Of a DNA stretch of 64,000 nucleotides, positions 41,505 to 50,985 are shown in pieces; position 1 is the first letter of the stretch; every line of letters begins with the position of its first letter. Both the position numbers and the translations under genes were made by a program. This DNA comes from Bacillota bacterium (GTDB taxonomy: Bacteria; Bacillota; SHA-98; Ch115; JABLXJ01). Below the pieces are notes generated by a model that made no database searches, had not been told where the DNA came from, and worked only from the letters and a program-made list of their open reading frames with translations. The DNA lies in the NCBI GenBank assembly GCA_013178125.1, contig JABLXJ010000001.1:326538-390537 (forward strand), written 5' to 3'.

Positions 41505-42371
41505 ATGAATCTTCGTTGGCGCTGGGAGAGAGCTTTTGGCATATGGCGTGGCCGCCTGCTGAGAAGGGGCGAGGGGATTTCGAAGGTGGCCCGGGTCAGC
41601 GGCGATCTTTATGCCGGAAATGGCCTAGATAGGGATCGCATCCCTTCACATATAGCCATAATTATGGACGGCAACGGGCGGTGGGCCAGAGAACGCGGGC
41701 TGCCTCGAATCGCGGGCCACAAGGCAGGGGTTGACAAGGTCAGGGAGATAGTAAGCGCCTGCGGCGAGCTTGGCGTGAGATTCCTGACTCTCTATGCCTT
41801 CTCGACAGAGAACTGGAGGCGCCCTCCAGACGAGGTAAGTGGCCTCATGAGTCTATTCCGGGAGACCCTGGAGCAGGAAATGCTGAGCCTCGTGGAGAAA
41901 AACGTTAGGCTGAGGGTGATCGGCCGCAGGGATGGTTTGCCGCTGCCGCTGCGTAATCTGATAGCTAATGTAGAGGAGAAGACCCGTGCAAGCGGGGGCC
42001 TTCAATTAAATCTTGCGGTAAATTATGGAGGACGAGCCGAGATTCTCGATGCTGTAAGGAGCATCTGCGAGGGCGTCCTGGCGGGGGACATAGACCTCCC
42101 TTCCATAGATGAGCAATTAATCTCAGATCACCTCTATACAGCGGGATTGCCAGACCCGGATCTCCTGATCCGGACCAGCGGCGAAATGCGGTTGAGCAAT
42201 TTCCTGCTCTGGCAGGTGGCATATACGGAGCTTTGGACGACCCCGACGTTGTGGCCGGATTTCACCAGGGAGGAGCTTTACAGGGCAATACATGATTATC
42301 AGGGGCGGGAGAGGCGATTTGGGGGGAGGCCCGATCCGGGCCTAGGGCGGTCCGAACCGGAGGGACGATAG
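41505..42371 (+). CDS. uppS: undecaprenyl diphosphate synthase
   Basis: HIAIIMDGNGRWA and ENWRRP motifs; start uncertain (alternative GTG near 41585). Confidence 0.9.
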   Translation: MNLRWRWERAFGIWRGRLLRRGEGISKVARVSGDLYAGNGLDRDRIPSHIAIIMDGNGRWARERGLPRIAGHKAGVDKVREIVSACGELGVRFLTLYAFSTENWRRPPDEVSGLMSLFRETLEQEMLSLVEKNVRLRVIGRRDGLPLPLRNLIANVEEKTRASGGLQLNLAVNYGGRAEILDAVRSICEGVLAGDIDLPSIDEQLISDHLYTAGLPDPDLLIRTSGEMRLSNFLLWQVAYTELWTTPTLWPDFTREELYRAIHDYQGRERRFGGRPDPGLGRSEPEGR

Positions 42372-42374
42372 ACG

Positions 42375-43181
42375 GTGTCTACAAGGCTTATCTCCGGCTT
42401 GCTAGGCGGAGCGATAGGGATCTATTTAATCTGGGCCGGTGGAATCCCGCTATTGCTGGCGGCTTTCGTAATAGCCATGGCGGGCGTCCTTGAGATAAGG
42501 GCTTTACTTCACCGGAAGGGCCTGTCGCCGGATGCCTGGGTGATGATCCCAGGGGGGGCTTTGCTGCTGGCCGCCGGGTATTTAAACGCCGGTAGCTATA
42601 TTGCGCACGTGACGGCGCTGGTTACCCTGGCCGGCCTTGCGGCGCAGCTTTTGAGGCGTGGCTCGCATGAAGCCCTTGCCAGCGCCAGCGGCACGGTTTT
42701 CGGCACGCTGTATATAGGCCTCCCGGTGGCCTACATCCTGATGCTGCGAAACCTCCCTGGGGGCGCGGGGTACTTGATTTTGGCGCTCCTGGCGGTGTGG
42801 GGGTCGGATACCGGCGCATATTTCGGCGGGATGCTGCTTGGGCGGACCAAGCTATGGCCCCTCGTGAGCCCCAACAAGACGCTCGAGGGCTCGCTCACCG
42901 GCATCTGCACAGCTGTTTTTGCGGCGATCCTGGTGAATCACCTGGCTCAGGCGTTCGAGTGGTGGAGCGCGTTGCCGGCGGGCCACGCCGCAGGCCTCGG
43001 CGTTTTGCTGAGCCTGTCGGGCCAGCTCGGTGATTTATGCGAGTCGGCGTTGAAACGAGATGCCGGCGTCAAGGATTCGGGGAGGTTCCTGCCGGGGCAC
43101 GGTGGGGCGCTTGACAGGTTTGATAGCGTCTTTTTCGCTGCACCGGTCGCATACTACTATATTAAGTTTCTTGTGGGTTGA
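42375..43181 (+). CDS. cdsA: phosphatidate cytidylyltransferase
   Basis: Polytopic membrane protein with C-terminal motif near GHGGALDRFDS; synteny. Confidence 0.85.
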   Translation: MSTRLISGLLGGAIGIYLIWAGGIPLLLAAFVIAMAGVLEIRALLHRKGLSPDAWVMIPGGALLLAAGYLNAGSYIAHVTALVTLAGLAAQLLRRGSHEALASASGTVFGTLYIGLPVAYILMLRNLPGGAGYLILALLAVWGSDTGAYFGGMLLGRTKLWPLVSPNKTLEGSLTGICTAVFAAILVNHLAQAFEWWSALPAGHAAGLGVLLSLSGQLGDLCESALKRDAGVKDSGRFLPGHGGALDRFDSVFFAAPVAYYYIKFLVG

Positions 43182-43263
43182 GCCTCTCGTGGCAACCTGA
43201 CCCGAGATTCTGCGGGGCTACCAGTTTTGCGGTGCTACCGGGGAGAGGGCGGGCGTTGATGCA

Positions 43264-44301
43264 ATGAGCGAAGTAAAGAGGATAGCCCTATTATGGGCAG
43301 GGATGCTCGCAGGGATATTTCTTGCGCTGAAATATGTTCTACCCTACATAGCGCCATTTATCATAGCCGTGATCCTGGCGGCGGTAATCGACCCGGCCGT
43401 GAATCTGCTCGAGCGGAGACTGAGGCTCGCCCGGGGCATGGCCGTCCTGGTCGTGATGTCTATACTCATCTTCTGCCTGGCCGTCTTTGTTGTTGTCGGC
43501 GCAACCAGGTTCTATCTCGAGGTCGAGAATCTCATCAGGGCCCTTCCCGGGTATGACGTAAGCCTGAGCAAAATGATAGATAATATAATACGCGAGATCG
43601 AGAAGTTTTACCGCGGGCTTCCTCCCCCCATTGTCAGCGCCATAGAGTTAAACCGCTACAAGCTCTACCAGGCTGTGGAGCGGAGCCTGATCGGCCTTTT
43701 GAGCTTCGCTGTGAGCCTGCCTGCGGTGGGGATTATCCTGGTTGTAGCGTTCATAGCTACCTACTTTGTCAGCCGGGATAAGGAGGCGCTCGTTGAGTTC
43801 ATGTTCCGGCTTCTCCCATCGTCTCTGAGGGCTAAGGCCGGTGGGACCAGGACCGAGGTGATCGGTGCAACGATGGGTTTTTTACGAGCTCAGATCATCC
43901 TCATAAGCTTTACGGTGATTATAAGCATCATCGGCTTGACGATCGCCAGGGTCCCGTATGCATGGCTTCTCGGCATCCTTGCCGGCATACTGGATCCGAT
44001 TCCCATCGTAGGGCCGGGCACGATCCTGGTTCCGATAATGGTTTACGATATACTCGTCGACCGGTTGGGCGCCGCCATAATCCTGGCGTTGACGATGGTC
44101 GCGATGTTTATCGTCAGGCGTATCGCTGAGCCACGCGTGGTGGCCGCAGGGGTCGGAATGCACCCACTCGCTGTGTTGGTTGCCATCTATGTCGGGATAC
44201 AGTTATTCGGGCCGGGCGGTTTCATCTTGGGGCCGCTTGTAGCTATCCTGCTCAAGGCCCTGGTAAGGAGCGGCCTGCTCCCGCTGTGGCCCGAGGACTA
44301 G
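43264..44301 (+). CDS. AI-2E family transporter (UPF0118, YtvI/PerM-like)
   Basis: About 8 TM segments with AI-2E-like layout. Confidence 0.65.
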   Translation: MSEVKRIALLWAGMLAGIFLALKYVLPYIAPFIIAVILAAVIDPAVNLLERRLRLARGMAVLVVMSILIFCLAVFVVVGATRFYLEVENLIRALPGYDVSLSKMIDNIIREIEKFYRGLPPPIVSAIELNRYKLYQAVERSLIGLLSFAVSLPAVGIILVVAFIATYFVSRDKEALVEFMFRLLPSSLRAKAGGTRTEVIGATMGFLRAQIILISFTVIISIIGLTIARVPYAWLLGILAGILDPIPIVGPGTILVPIMVYDILVDRLGAAIILALTMVAMFIVRRIAEPRVVAAGVGMHPLAVLVAIYVGIQLFGPGGFILGPLVAILLKALVRSGLLPLWPED

Positions 44302-44325
44302 GTGACTGAGGACTGGGTGATTGAT

Positions 44326-45516
44326 ATGACAGATACAGGGCTCGTGCCAGATATCAGGCCTAGAAACGTGGTTGTTTTGGGGTCGACGGGCTCCATAGGA
44401 GTCCAGGCCCTTGAGGTTTCGTTGCGTTTCCCTGATTATATAAGGATTGCTGGGCTTTCGGCGGGATCGAATCTTGAGCGCCTCGCCGAGCAGGCGCTCC
44501 ACTTCCGCCCGCCGATGGTTGCGATAGTCGACGATAGCCTCGGGGACGAGCTCAAGGCGCGGCTATACTCGTTGCCCGCCACGCGCGTGCTGGCCGGGCG
44601 GGAGGCCCTCATCGAAATGGTCACCGCCCCCGGGGTGGACCTCGTGCTCAATGCCATCGTCGGGATAGCTGGGCTGGAGCCTACCCTGGCCGCTATCCGG
44701 GCAGGGAAGGATATAGCGCTCGCTAACAAGGAAACGCTGGTCGCGGCGGGGGAGCTGGTTATGCGCGAGGCGTCGCGTCGCGGGGTCAGGATCATACCCG
44801 TGGATAGCGAGCATTCCGCCATCTTCCAGTGCCTCGTGGGCGAGGATGCAGCGGCTGTCGGGCGGCTGATTTTGACCTCCTCCGGCGGGGCGTTGAGGGA
44901 TTTTACCCTGGAGGAGCTCGAGGTGGCCGGCCCCGAGGATGCCTTGCGACACCCCAACTGGGCCATGGGCGCCAAGGTCACCGTCGATTCGGCCACATTG
45001 ATGAATAAGGCGCTCGAGGTTATAGAGGCCAGGTGGCTCTTCAACATTGATCCCTCGAGAATTGCCGTTGTTATCCACCGCGAGAGCGTGATTCATTCCA
45101 TGGTGGAGTTCTGTGATGGGTCAATCAAGGCGCAGATGGGATGCCCTGATATGAGGTTGCCCATACAATATGCCCTGACCTATCCAAACCGGTTCAACGG
45201 GGCGGCTGCAAGCCTCGATGTAGAGAGGCTCGGGACCCTCACATTCGGCGTCCCTGACCAGTCGCGTTTCCCAGCGGTGCGGTTCGGGCACGAGGCGATG
45301 CGGGCCGGCGGGACGATGCCGGCGGTGATGAACGCCGCAAACGAGGAGGCTGTCCGCCGCTTTCTGGAGCGCGAGATCGCTTTCAGGGATATAGCCCGCC
45401 TTGTGAGCGATGCAATGGAGAGGCACTCGAGCATCATGAACCCCTCCTTGGACGAGATACTGGAGGCCGATCGCTGGGCAAGAGGCTTGGCTCAGACCTG
45501 GGGAAGGAAAGGGTGA
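44326..45516 (+). CDS. dxr: 1-deoxy-D-xylulose 5-phosphate reductoisomerase
   Basis: VVVLGSTGSIGVQALEV NADPH-binding start; start could be GTG 44302 or 44317. Confidence 0.9.
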   Translation: MTDTGLVPDIRPRNVVVLGSTGSIGVQALEVSLRFPDYIRIAGLSAGSNLERLAEQALHFRPPMVAIVDDSLGDELKARLYSLPATRVLAGREALIEMVTAPGVDLVLNAIVGIAGLEPTLAAIRAGKDIALANKETLVAAGELVMREASRRGVRIIPVDSEHSAIFQCLVGEDAAAVGRLILTSSGGALRDFTLEELEVAGPEDALRHPNWAMGAKVTVDSATLMNKALEVIEARWLFNIDPSRIAVVIHRESVIHSMVEFCDGSIKAQMGCPDMRLPIQYALTYPNRFNGAAASLDVERLGTLTFGVPDQSRFPAVRFGHEAMRAGGTMPAVMNAANEEAVRRFLEREIAFRDIARLVSDAMERHSSIMNPSLDEILEADRWARGLAQTWGRKG

Positions 45517-45525
45517 TAGCGCTTC

Positions 45526-46569
45526 ATGCTCATAACCATTCTCGCGTTTGCCTTTGTGTTTACCACATTTGCCCTCGCGCATGAGTTCGGGCACTTCGCG
45601 GTCGGCAAGGCTATGGGGGTTAAGGTCCACGAGTTTTCCATAGGCTTCGGCCCAAGGGCGATACGTTTCAAGCTGGGCGAGACCGTCTATTCCCTGCGGT
45701 TGCTTCCCCTCGGGGCGTTTGTGAAGTTCGGCGGGGTGGATAAGCCCGAGGACCCGGCTGAGGAGATTGCGCCCGATGATGAAAGGAGCTTCGCAAGCAA
45801 ATCTGTCTCCGCGAGGGCCCTCATAGTCACGGCCGGGCCTGTGATGAACTTCGTTGCCGCGTTTGTGCTTTTCTTCGCGGTGTTTCTCGGTTTCGGCGTG
45901 CCGACTGCGCAGGTCAAGGATGTCATAAGGGGCTCTCGTGCTGAACTGGCCGGCCTGGAAGCCGGGGATAGGATAATATTCATCAATGACCAGCGGGTGG
46001 ACACCGTGGCCGATGTGCGGGAGCGTATAATGGCTCACCCGAACGAGAGAATAAGCCTGACGGTCTTGAGGGGCGGGGTGGAGCGGACGATCGAGGTTAC
46101 CCCCGCGAAGGACCCGGCAACCGGGGCGGGGTCTATAGGTATCGTGCTCGAAGAGCCATGGGCCAGGACCGGCATCATAGATGCGTTTGGGGTGGGGGCG
46201 CGGTATACAGTGAACATGTCGCGTAGCCTCCTTGTGGCTCTCGGCAGGATGATAACCGGGCGGATGAAGGCCGAGGTTGCCGGCCCCATTGGAATAGCCC
46301 AGATGGTGGGGGAGAGCGCGAGGCTCGGCCTCTTCAACCTCCTCTTCCTGGCCGCTATACTCAATGTGAACCTCGGGCTTCTCAATCTCCTGCCCATACC
46401 CGTGCTCGACGGGGGCTGGCTCCTGTTCCTGATCATTGAGGCGCTGCGGAGGCGGCCCCTCAATCAGGACCAGGAGGCTTTTGCCCGCCTTATAGGGATG
46501 GCTGTATTGATGCTCATCCTGCTCTTTGCGACGTTTAGCGATATTATGAGGCTCGTTAGAATGTCGTGA
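45526..46569 (+). CDS. rseP: RIP zinc metalloprotease RseP
   Basis: HEFGHF zinc motif, PDZ region, C-terminal LDGG motif. Confidence 0.9.
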   Translation: MLITILAFAFVFTTFALAHEFGHFAVGKAMGVKVHEFSIGFGPRAIRFKLGETVYSLRLLPLGAFVKFGGVDKPEDPAEEIAPDDERSFASKSVSARALIVTAGPVMNFVAAFVLFFAVFLGFGVPTAQVKDVIRGSRAELAGLEAGDRIIFINDQRVDTVADVRERIMAHPNERISLTVLRGGVERTIEVTPAKDPATGAGSIGIVLEEPWARTGIIDAFGVGARYTVNMSRSLLVALGRMITGRMKAEVAGPIGIAQMVGESARLGLFNLLFLAAILNVNLGLLNLLPIPVLDGGWLLFLIIEALRRRPLNQDQEAFARLIGMAVLMLILLFATFSDIMRLVRMS

Positions 46570-46575
46570 GTCTCG

Positions 46576-46620
46576 CAGGTATCGAGGATGTAGGTATCGA
46601 GGATGAAGATATCGAGGATG
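46576..46620. repeat. three tandem 15-bp repeats (N)GGTATCGAGGATG between rseP and ispG
   Basis: caggtatcgaggatg / taggtatcgaggatg / aagatatcgaggatg read directly. Confidence 0.85.
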
Positions 46621-46634
46621 CGGATGATGTGGAT

Positions 46635-47717
46635 ATGGAGATAAAGCGGCGGAAATCCAGGCGAGTGAATGTTGGAGCTGTGCAGATCGGCGATGGCGCG
46701 CCGGTCTCCGTTCAATCCATGACCAAGACCGATACTCGCGACGTCGAGGGGACTGTGAGGCAGATAGAAAGGCTCCAGGAGGCCGGGTGCGATATAGTCA
46801 GGGTGGCCGTCCCGGACGTGGAGGCAGCGGAGGCTCTGAAGTTGATCAGGAGGGCGGCGAGGGCGCCCCTCGTGGCAGATATACATTTCAACTACAGGCT
46901 TGCGCTTCTCGCCCTGGATGCGGGGGTTGATAAGCTGAGGATAAACCCGGGCAACATCGGGCCCCGGTCCAGGGTCGAGGAGATAGCAAGGGAGGCGTCC
47001 ATGCGCGGTGTGCCCATAAGGGTGGGCGTAAATGCGGGTTCGCTCGATCGCGGGTTGTTGGATAAATACGGTGGCCGGACGGCCGAGGCCCTGGCCGAGA
47101 GCGCCATTGAGAGCGCAAGGATCCTTGAGGACGCTGGTTTCGGTGATATCGTGATTTCCCTTAAGGCATCAGACCCCGCAACTACCATTGATGCATACCG
47201 GCTGGTGGCGCAGGCCTGCGATTACCCGCTCCACGTGGGGCTCACCGAGGCCGGGAGCCCTCGCAGCGGCACTGTGAAATCGGCGATAGTGATCGGGCTC
47301 CTCCTTGCCGAAGGCATAGGGGATACGATAAGGGTCTCCCTGACGGGCGACCCCGTGGAAGAGGTGCGCGTGGGCAAGGAGATACTCATGACCCTCGGGA
47401 TGCGCAGGCGGGAGGTTGAGATAATATCGTGTCCCACCTGCGGCCGGTGCAGGGTTGATCTCCGTGAGGTCGTCCGGGAGGTGGAGGATAGAATCCCCGG
47501 TATTCTCCCCAACCTGCGGGCCCCCCTGAAGGTGGCCATTATGGGGTGCGAGGTGAATGGGCCTGGCGAGGCGCGTGACGCCGATGTCGGCCTTGCGTGC
47601 GGGAAGGGGGGCGGGGCTCTCTTCGTCAAGGGCGAGATCGCACGGAGGCTCGGCGAGGACGAGTTTGTCGATGCGCTCGTGGATGAGATAAGGAGACTGG
47701 GGGGCAGTTCGGATTGA
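46635..47717 (+). CDS. ispG: 4-hydroxy-3-methylbut-2-enyl diphosphate synthase (IspG/GcpE)
   Basis: KRRKSRRVNVGAVQIGDGAPVSVQSMTKT and C-terminal Cys motif CPTCGRC; start placed at conserved N-terminus. Confidence 0.9.
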   Translation: MEIKRRKSRRVNVGAVQIGDGAPVSVQSMTKTDTRDVEGTVRQIERLQEAGCDIVRVAVPDVEAAEALKLIRRAARAPLVADIHFNYRLALLALDAGVDKLRINPGNIGPRSRVEEIAREASMRGVPIRVGVNAGSLDRGLLDKYGGRTAEALAESAIESARILEDAGFGDIVISLKASDPATTIDAYRLVAQACDYPLHVGLTEAGSPRSGTVKSAIVIGLLLAEGIGDTIRVSLTGDPVEEVRVGKEILMTLGMRRREVEIISCPTCGRCRVDLREVVREVEDRIPGILPNLRAPLKVAIMGCEVNGPGEARDADVGLACGKGGGALFVKGEIARRLGEDEFVDALVDEIRRLGGSSD

Positions 47718-48340
47718 AGGTCGCCGCTGTGATACCAGCATTCAATGAGGAGAAGACCGTAGGCTCGGTTGTGGCTGTCGTGAAGGTGGCGGACCTTGTA
47801 AACGATGTTGTGGTCGTGAGCGATGGATCCACAGACAGGACTGCCGCCGCGGCGCGGGAGGCAGGCGCGAGGGTAATTGAGCTTGCCAGGAACCTCGGGA
47901 AGGGCGGCGCGATGCAGGCCGGAGTGAAGGCTACAGATGCCGGAGCTATCCTCTTCCTCGATGCCGATCTCGTCGGACTGACAGCAGGGCACATTCGTGC
48001 CTTGCTTGAGCCGGTCCTGGATGGCGAGGCCGATATGGTTGTCGGGGTTTTTGGCAAAGGGCGAGTCGCGACGGATCTTGCGCAAAAGATAAGCCCGTGG
48101 CTTTCGGGCCAGAGGGCCGTCAGGCGCGACCTTCTCGAATCCCTCGACCTGGATATAGCGCACTTCGGTGTCGAAGTGGCGCTTACTCGCCATATGAGCC
48201 GGAGCGGGGCCAGGGTGAGGACCGTGACGCTTGAGGGACTGACTCATCTGATGAAGGAGGAGAAGATGGGGTTTGGCAGGGGATTCCTCGCCAGGCTCAA
48301 GATGTACTGGGACATCGTGTCCCAGGTCCGGTCTCGTTGA
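47714..48340 (+). CDS. family 2 glycosyltransferase
   Basis: VIPAFNEEKTV...VSDGSTDRT and DADL motif. Confidence 0.7.
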   Translation: MKVAAVIPAFNEEKTVGSVVAVVKVADLVNDVVVVSDGSTDRTAAAAREAGARVIELARNLGKGGAMQAGVKATDAGAILFLDADLVGLTAGHIRALLEPVLDGEADMVVGVFGKGRVATDLAQKISPWLSGQRAVRRDLLESLDLDIAHFGVEVALTRHMSRSGARVRTVTLEGLTHLMKEEKMGFGRGFLARLKMYWDIVSQVRSR

Positions 48341-48422
48341 CGGCCGGTAATGGTAATACAACGGCACTGGGGACGACCGGGGATAGCACCGGGTATACAT
48401 CACTACAGCACGCCGATTTTCC

Positions 48423-48451
48423 TTGCATTGGGGAGGCCGCTATGGTATACT
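48423..48451 (+). promoter_or_regulatory. promoter of rimP-nusA-infB operon (TTGCAT, 17 bp, TATACT)
   Basis: Read directly. Confidence 0.45.
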
Positions 48452-48647
48452 GATGTTGGAAGCCTTCCGGGGGTTCAGGTTTGATCCCGGAGGCGGGAAT
48501 GTGGAGAGTGGGGAAACCCACTCTTTAGTCATGTTTCACCGTATTTTGATTGAAACACGAGTTTTGATTGAGACACGATTTGTTGAGACTATTCTATGAG
48601 ACGATTATTAAAGTTAGCTTCCGTACTGGGGCTCGTGAGGAGGCCAC

Positions 48648-49112
48648 ATGATGAAATCTGCAGCTAGGATAGAGGAGCTTGTAACTCAACTGGCAAAGCC
48701 CATTGTAGTCAGCGAGGGTATGGAGCTTGTGGACGTGGAGTATGTAAGGGAAGCTGGAGAGTGGTTTCTCAGGATCTACCTCGATAAGGCTGGCGGGGTT
48801 TCGATTGATGATTGCACTGTCGTGAGCGAGAGGCTCGGCAGGGAGCTCGATGCGATCGACCCGATCCCGCAGAGCTATATCCTGGAGGTTTCTTCCTCAG
48901 GGGAGAAGCCCCTCAGGAAGGAGGGGGATTTCACAAGATTCGCTGGTAGAAGGGTTCTCATCAACACCTATGCTGAGGTGGACGGGAGGAAATCCCTCGA
49001 GGGCTACCTGGAGGGGCTGGAGAACAATGAGGTCAAGGTCAATGTCGATGGCAAGGTGTTAAGAGTTCCAAGGGAAAAGATCAGCAAGGCCAGGCTGGTA
49101 GTGGAAGTGTAA
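48648..49112 (+). CDS. rimP: ribosome maturation factor RimP
   Basis: Synteny and RimP-like sequence; RBS gaggagg. Confidence 0.85.
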   Translation: MMKSAARIEELVTQLAKPIVVSEGMELVDVEYVREAGEWFLRIYLDKAGGVSIDDCTVVSERLGRELDAIDPIPQSYILEVSSSGEKPLRKEGDFTRFAGRRVLINTYAEVDGRKSLEGYLEGLENNEVKVNVDGKVLRVPREKISKARLVVEV

Positions 49113-49124
49113 GGGGGAGGGTTC

Positions 49125-50645
49125 ATGGACGTCAACGTCGAGGTTGTAGAGGCGCTTGAACAGCTTGAAAAGGAAAAAGGGATTTCCAAGGAAGTGCTGC
49201 TTTCTGCAATCGAGGTTGCTCTCGTATCGGCGTTCAAGAGAAATTATGGATCAGCCCAGAACGTAAGGGTCGAGATAGATCCTGTTGGCGGGAACATCCG
49301 CGTGCTTGCAAGGAAGAATGTGGTTGAAGAGGTGCGCGATCCCAGGATCGAGGTGTCCCTCGCTGAGGCCGAAGCCCTAGACCCCAATTACGAGGTGGGC
49401 GACGTCATCGAGAACGAGGTGACTCCGCGGGAGTTCGGGAGGATCGCCGCCCAGACCGCCAAGCAGGTGGTTGTCCAGAAGATTCGCGAGGCAGAGCGTG
49501 GCATCATCTTCGAGGAATACAGCAACCGCGAGGGCGAGGTCGTTACAGGCGTTGTGCAGCGTCGCGAGCAGCGCAACGTAGTAATTGATCTGGGCCGTGT
49601 AGAAGCTGTCATGCCGCCGAACGAGCAGACGCCTGGAGAGCCCTATAATTTCGGAGATAGAATCAAGGTCTACATCGCTGAGGTCAAGAAGACCCCCAAG
49701 GGTCCTCAGGTAATAGTATCGAGGACTCATCCCGGACTCGTAAAGAGGCTTTTCGAGCTGGAAGTGCCCGAGATCTATGATGGAACGGTGGAGATCAAGG
49801 GCATCGCCAGGGAGGCGGGTATGCGGTCGAAGATTGCCGTCTCCTCCAGAGATGAGAATGTTGACGCTATCGGCGCCTGTGTGGGACCCCGCGGTATGAG
49901 GGTCCAGAAGGTTGTAAATGAGCTCAGGGGGGAAAAGATAGATATCATAGCATGGGACCCCGTCGCCGAGAATTTTGTCGCCAACGCCCTGAGCCCGGCC
50001 AGGGTTGTCAACGTCAGGCTCGGCGAGAGGACGAAGACCGCCAGGGTTATCGTTCCTGACAACCAGCTCTCCCTTGCCATCGGCAAGGAGGGCCAAAACG
50101 CTAGGCTTGCGGCCAAGATGACCGGGTGGAAGATTGATATCAAGAGCGAATCTCAGGCTGCAGAGATGTTGTTTGAGCCTGCCCACAGTATTGAGGATGT
50201 CGAGGCGGAATCCGGGATCGCATCCGGCCCCGAGACCGGGACCGGGCTCGAAGCCGGACCCGGAGCAGTCCAGGAACCGGTAGCCGGACCTGTGCCCGAG
50301 CCCGAGCCCGAGCCCGAGCTCGAACCTAGATCTATGCCCGGATTCGAATTTGAATCTGAGCCCGGGCTTGAACCTGAACCTGAACCTGTATTTGAACCTG
50401 ACCCCGGACCCGCACCCGGGCTCGGATTTAAGCCCGAACCCCCCGCCGTTGAGCCCGCGCTGGAGCCTGGGACTGCACCTTCAGAATCCGAGGTTGAGCA
50501 GGCGACCTCCAAGAAGAGGAAGCGGGGCAAGAAGGGCGGCGACGATATCGATCTTCTGGAAGATGGGGTCAGAAAACGCAAGGCTCGCGCCCGGACTAAA
50601 GTTAGAAAGCTCGAACTCGATCTTGATGACGAGTTCGACTTCTGA
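49125..50645 (+). CDS. nusA: transcription termination/antitermination factor NusA with Pro/Glu-rich low-complexity C-terminal tail
   Basis: S1 and KH domains; tail built from (GAGCCC/GAACCT)-type repeats. Confidence 0.9.
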   Translation: MDVNVEVVEALEQLEKEKGISKEVLLSAIEVALVSAFKRNYGSAQNVRVEIDPVGGNIRVLARKNVVEEVRDPRIEVSLAEAEALDPNYEVGDVIENEVTPREFGRIAAQTAKQVVVQKIREAERGIIFEEYSNREGEVVTGVVQRREQRNVVIDLGRVEAVMPPNEQTPGEPYNFGDRIKVYIAEVKKTPKGPQVIVSRTHPGLVKRLFELEVPEIYDGTVEIKGIAREAGMRSKIAVSSRDENVDAIGACVGPRGMRVQKVVNELRGEKIDIIAWDPVAENFVANALSPARVVNVRLGERTKTARVIVPDNQLSLAIGKEGQNARLAAKMTGWKIDIKSESQAAEMLFEPAHSIEDVEAESGIASGPETGTGLEAGPGAVQEPVAGPVPEPEPEPELEPRSMPGFEFESEPGLEPEPEPVFEPDPGPAPGLGFKPEPPAVEPALEPGTAPSESEVEQATSKKRKRGKKGGDDIDLLEDGVRKRKARARTKVRKLELDLDDEFDF

Positions 50646-50658
50646 AAGGTGAGAGCGT

Positions 50659-50961
50659 ATGGCGAAGTCCAGTAAAGCGCCTAAACTTCGCAAGATCCCC
50701 CAGCGTATGTGCGTGGGATGCCAGCGGGTGCGCCCCAAGCGGGAGCTGGTGAGGATCGTGAGGACCCCTGCGGGGGAAGTGGAGATCGACCCTACGGGGA
50801 AACGTGCCGGTCGGGGAGCCTATATCTGCCCTGATATCAATTGCCTGAACATCGCTGTGAAGAAGGATAAGCTTGATAAGGCTCTCGGTCACGAAGTATC
50901 AAGAGAAATCGTGGAAAGACTCGAGGCACATCTCTCCGGAGGTAAGAGTGGAGAGGATTAA
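50659..50961 (+). CDS. ylxR: YlxR/RnpM-family RNA-binding protein (DUF448)
   Basis: RMCVGCQRVRPKRELVRIV and GRGAYICP motifs. Confidence 0.8.
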   Translation: MAKSSKAPKLRKIPQRMCVGCQRVRPKRELVRIVRTPAGEVEIDPTGKRAGRGAYICPDINCLNIAVKKDKLDKALGHEVSREIVERLEAHLSGGKSGED

Positions 50962-50985
50962 TTCAGAAGCACGGGGGTGATGTGT

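Noticed and set aside
45121-46038. Long reverse-strand ORF (305 aa) across dxr/rseP
   Set aside because: Antisense to two conserved genes; low-complexity Arg/Pro/His-rich translation; GC-rich shadow ORF.
47222-48403. Long reverse-strand ORF (393 aa) across ispG and the glycosyltransferase
   Set aside because: Antisense to conserved genes; Pro/Ser/Arg-rich low-complexity translation.
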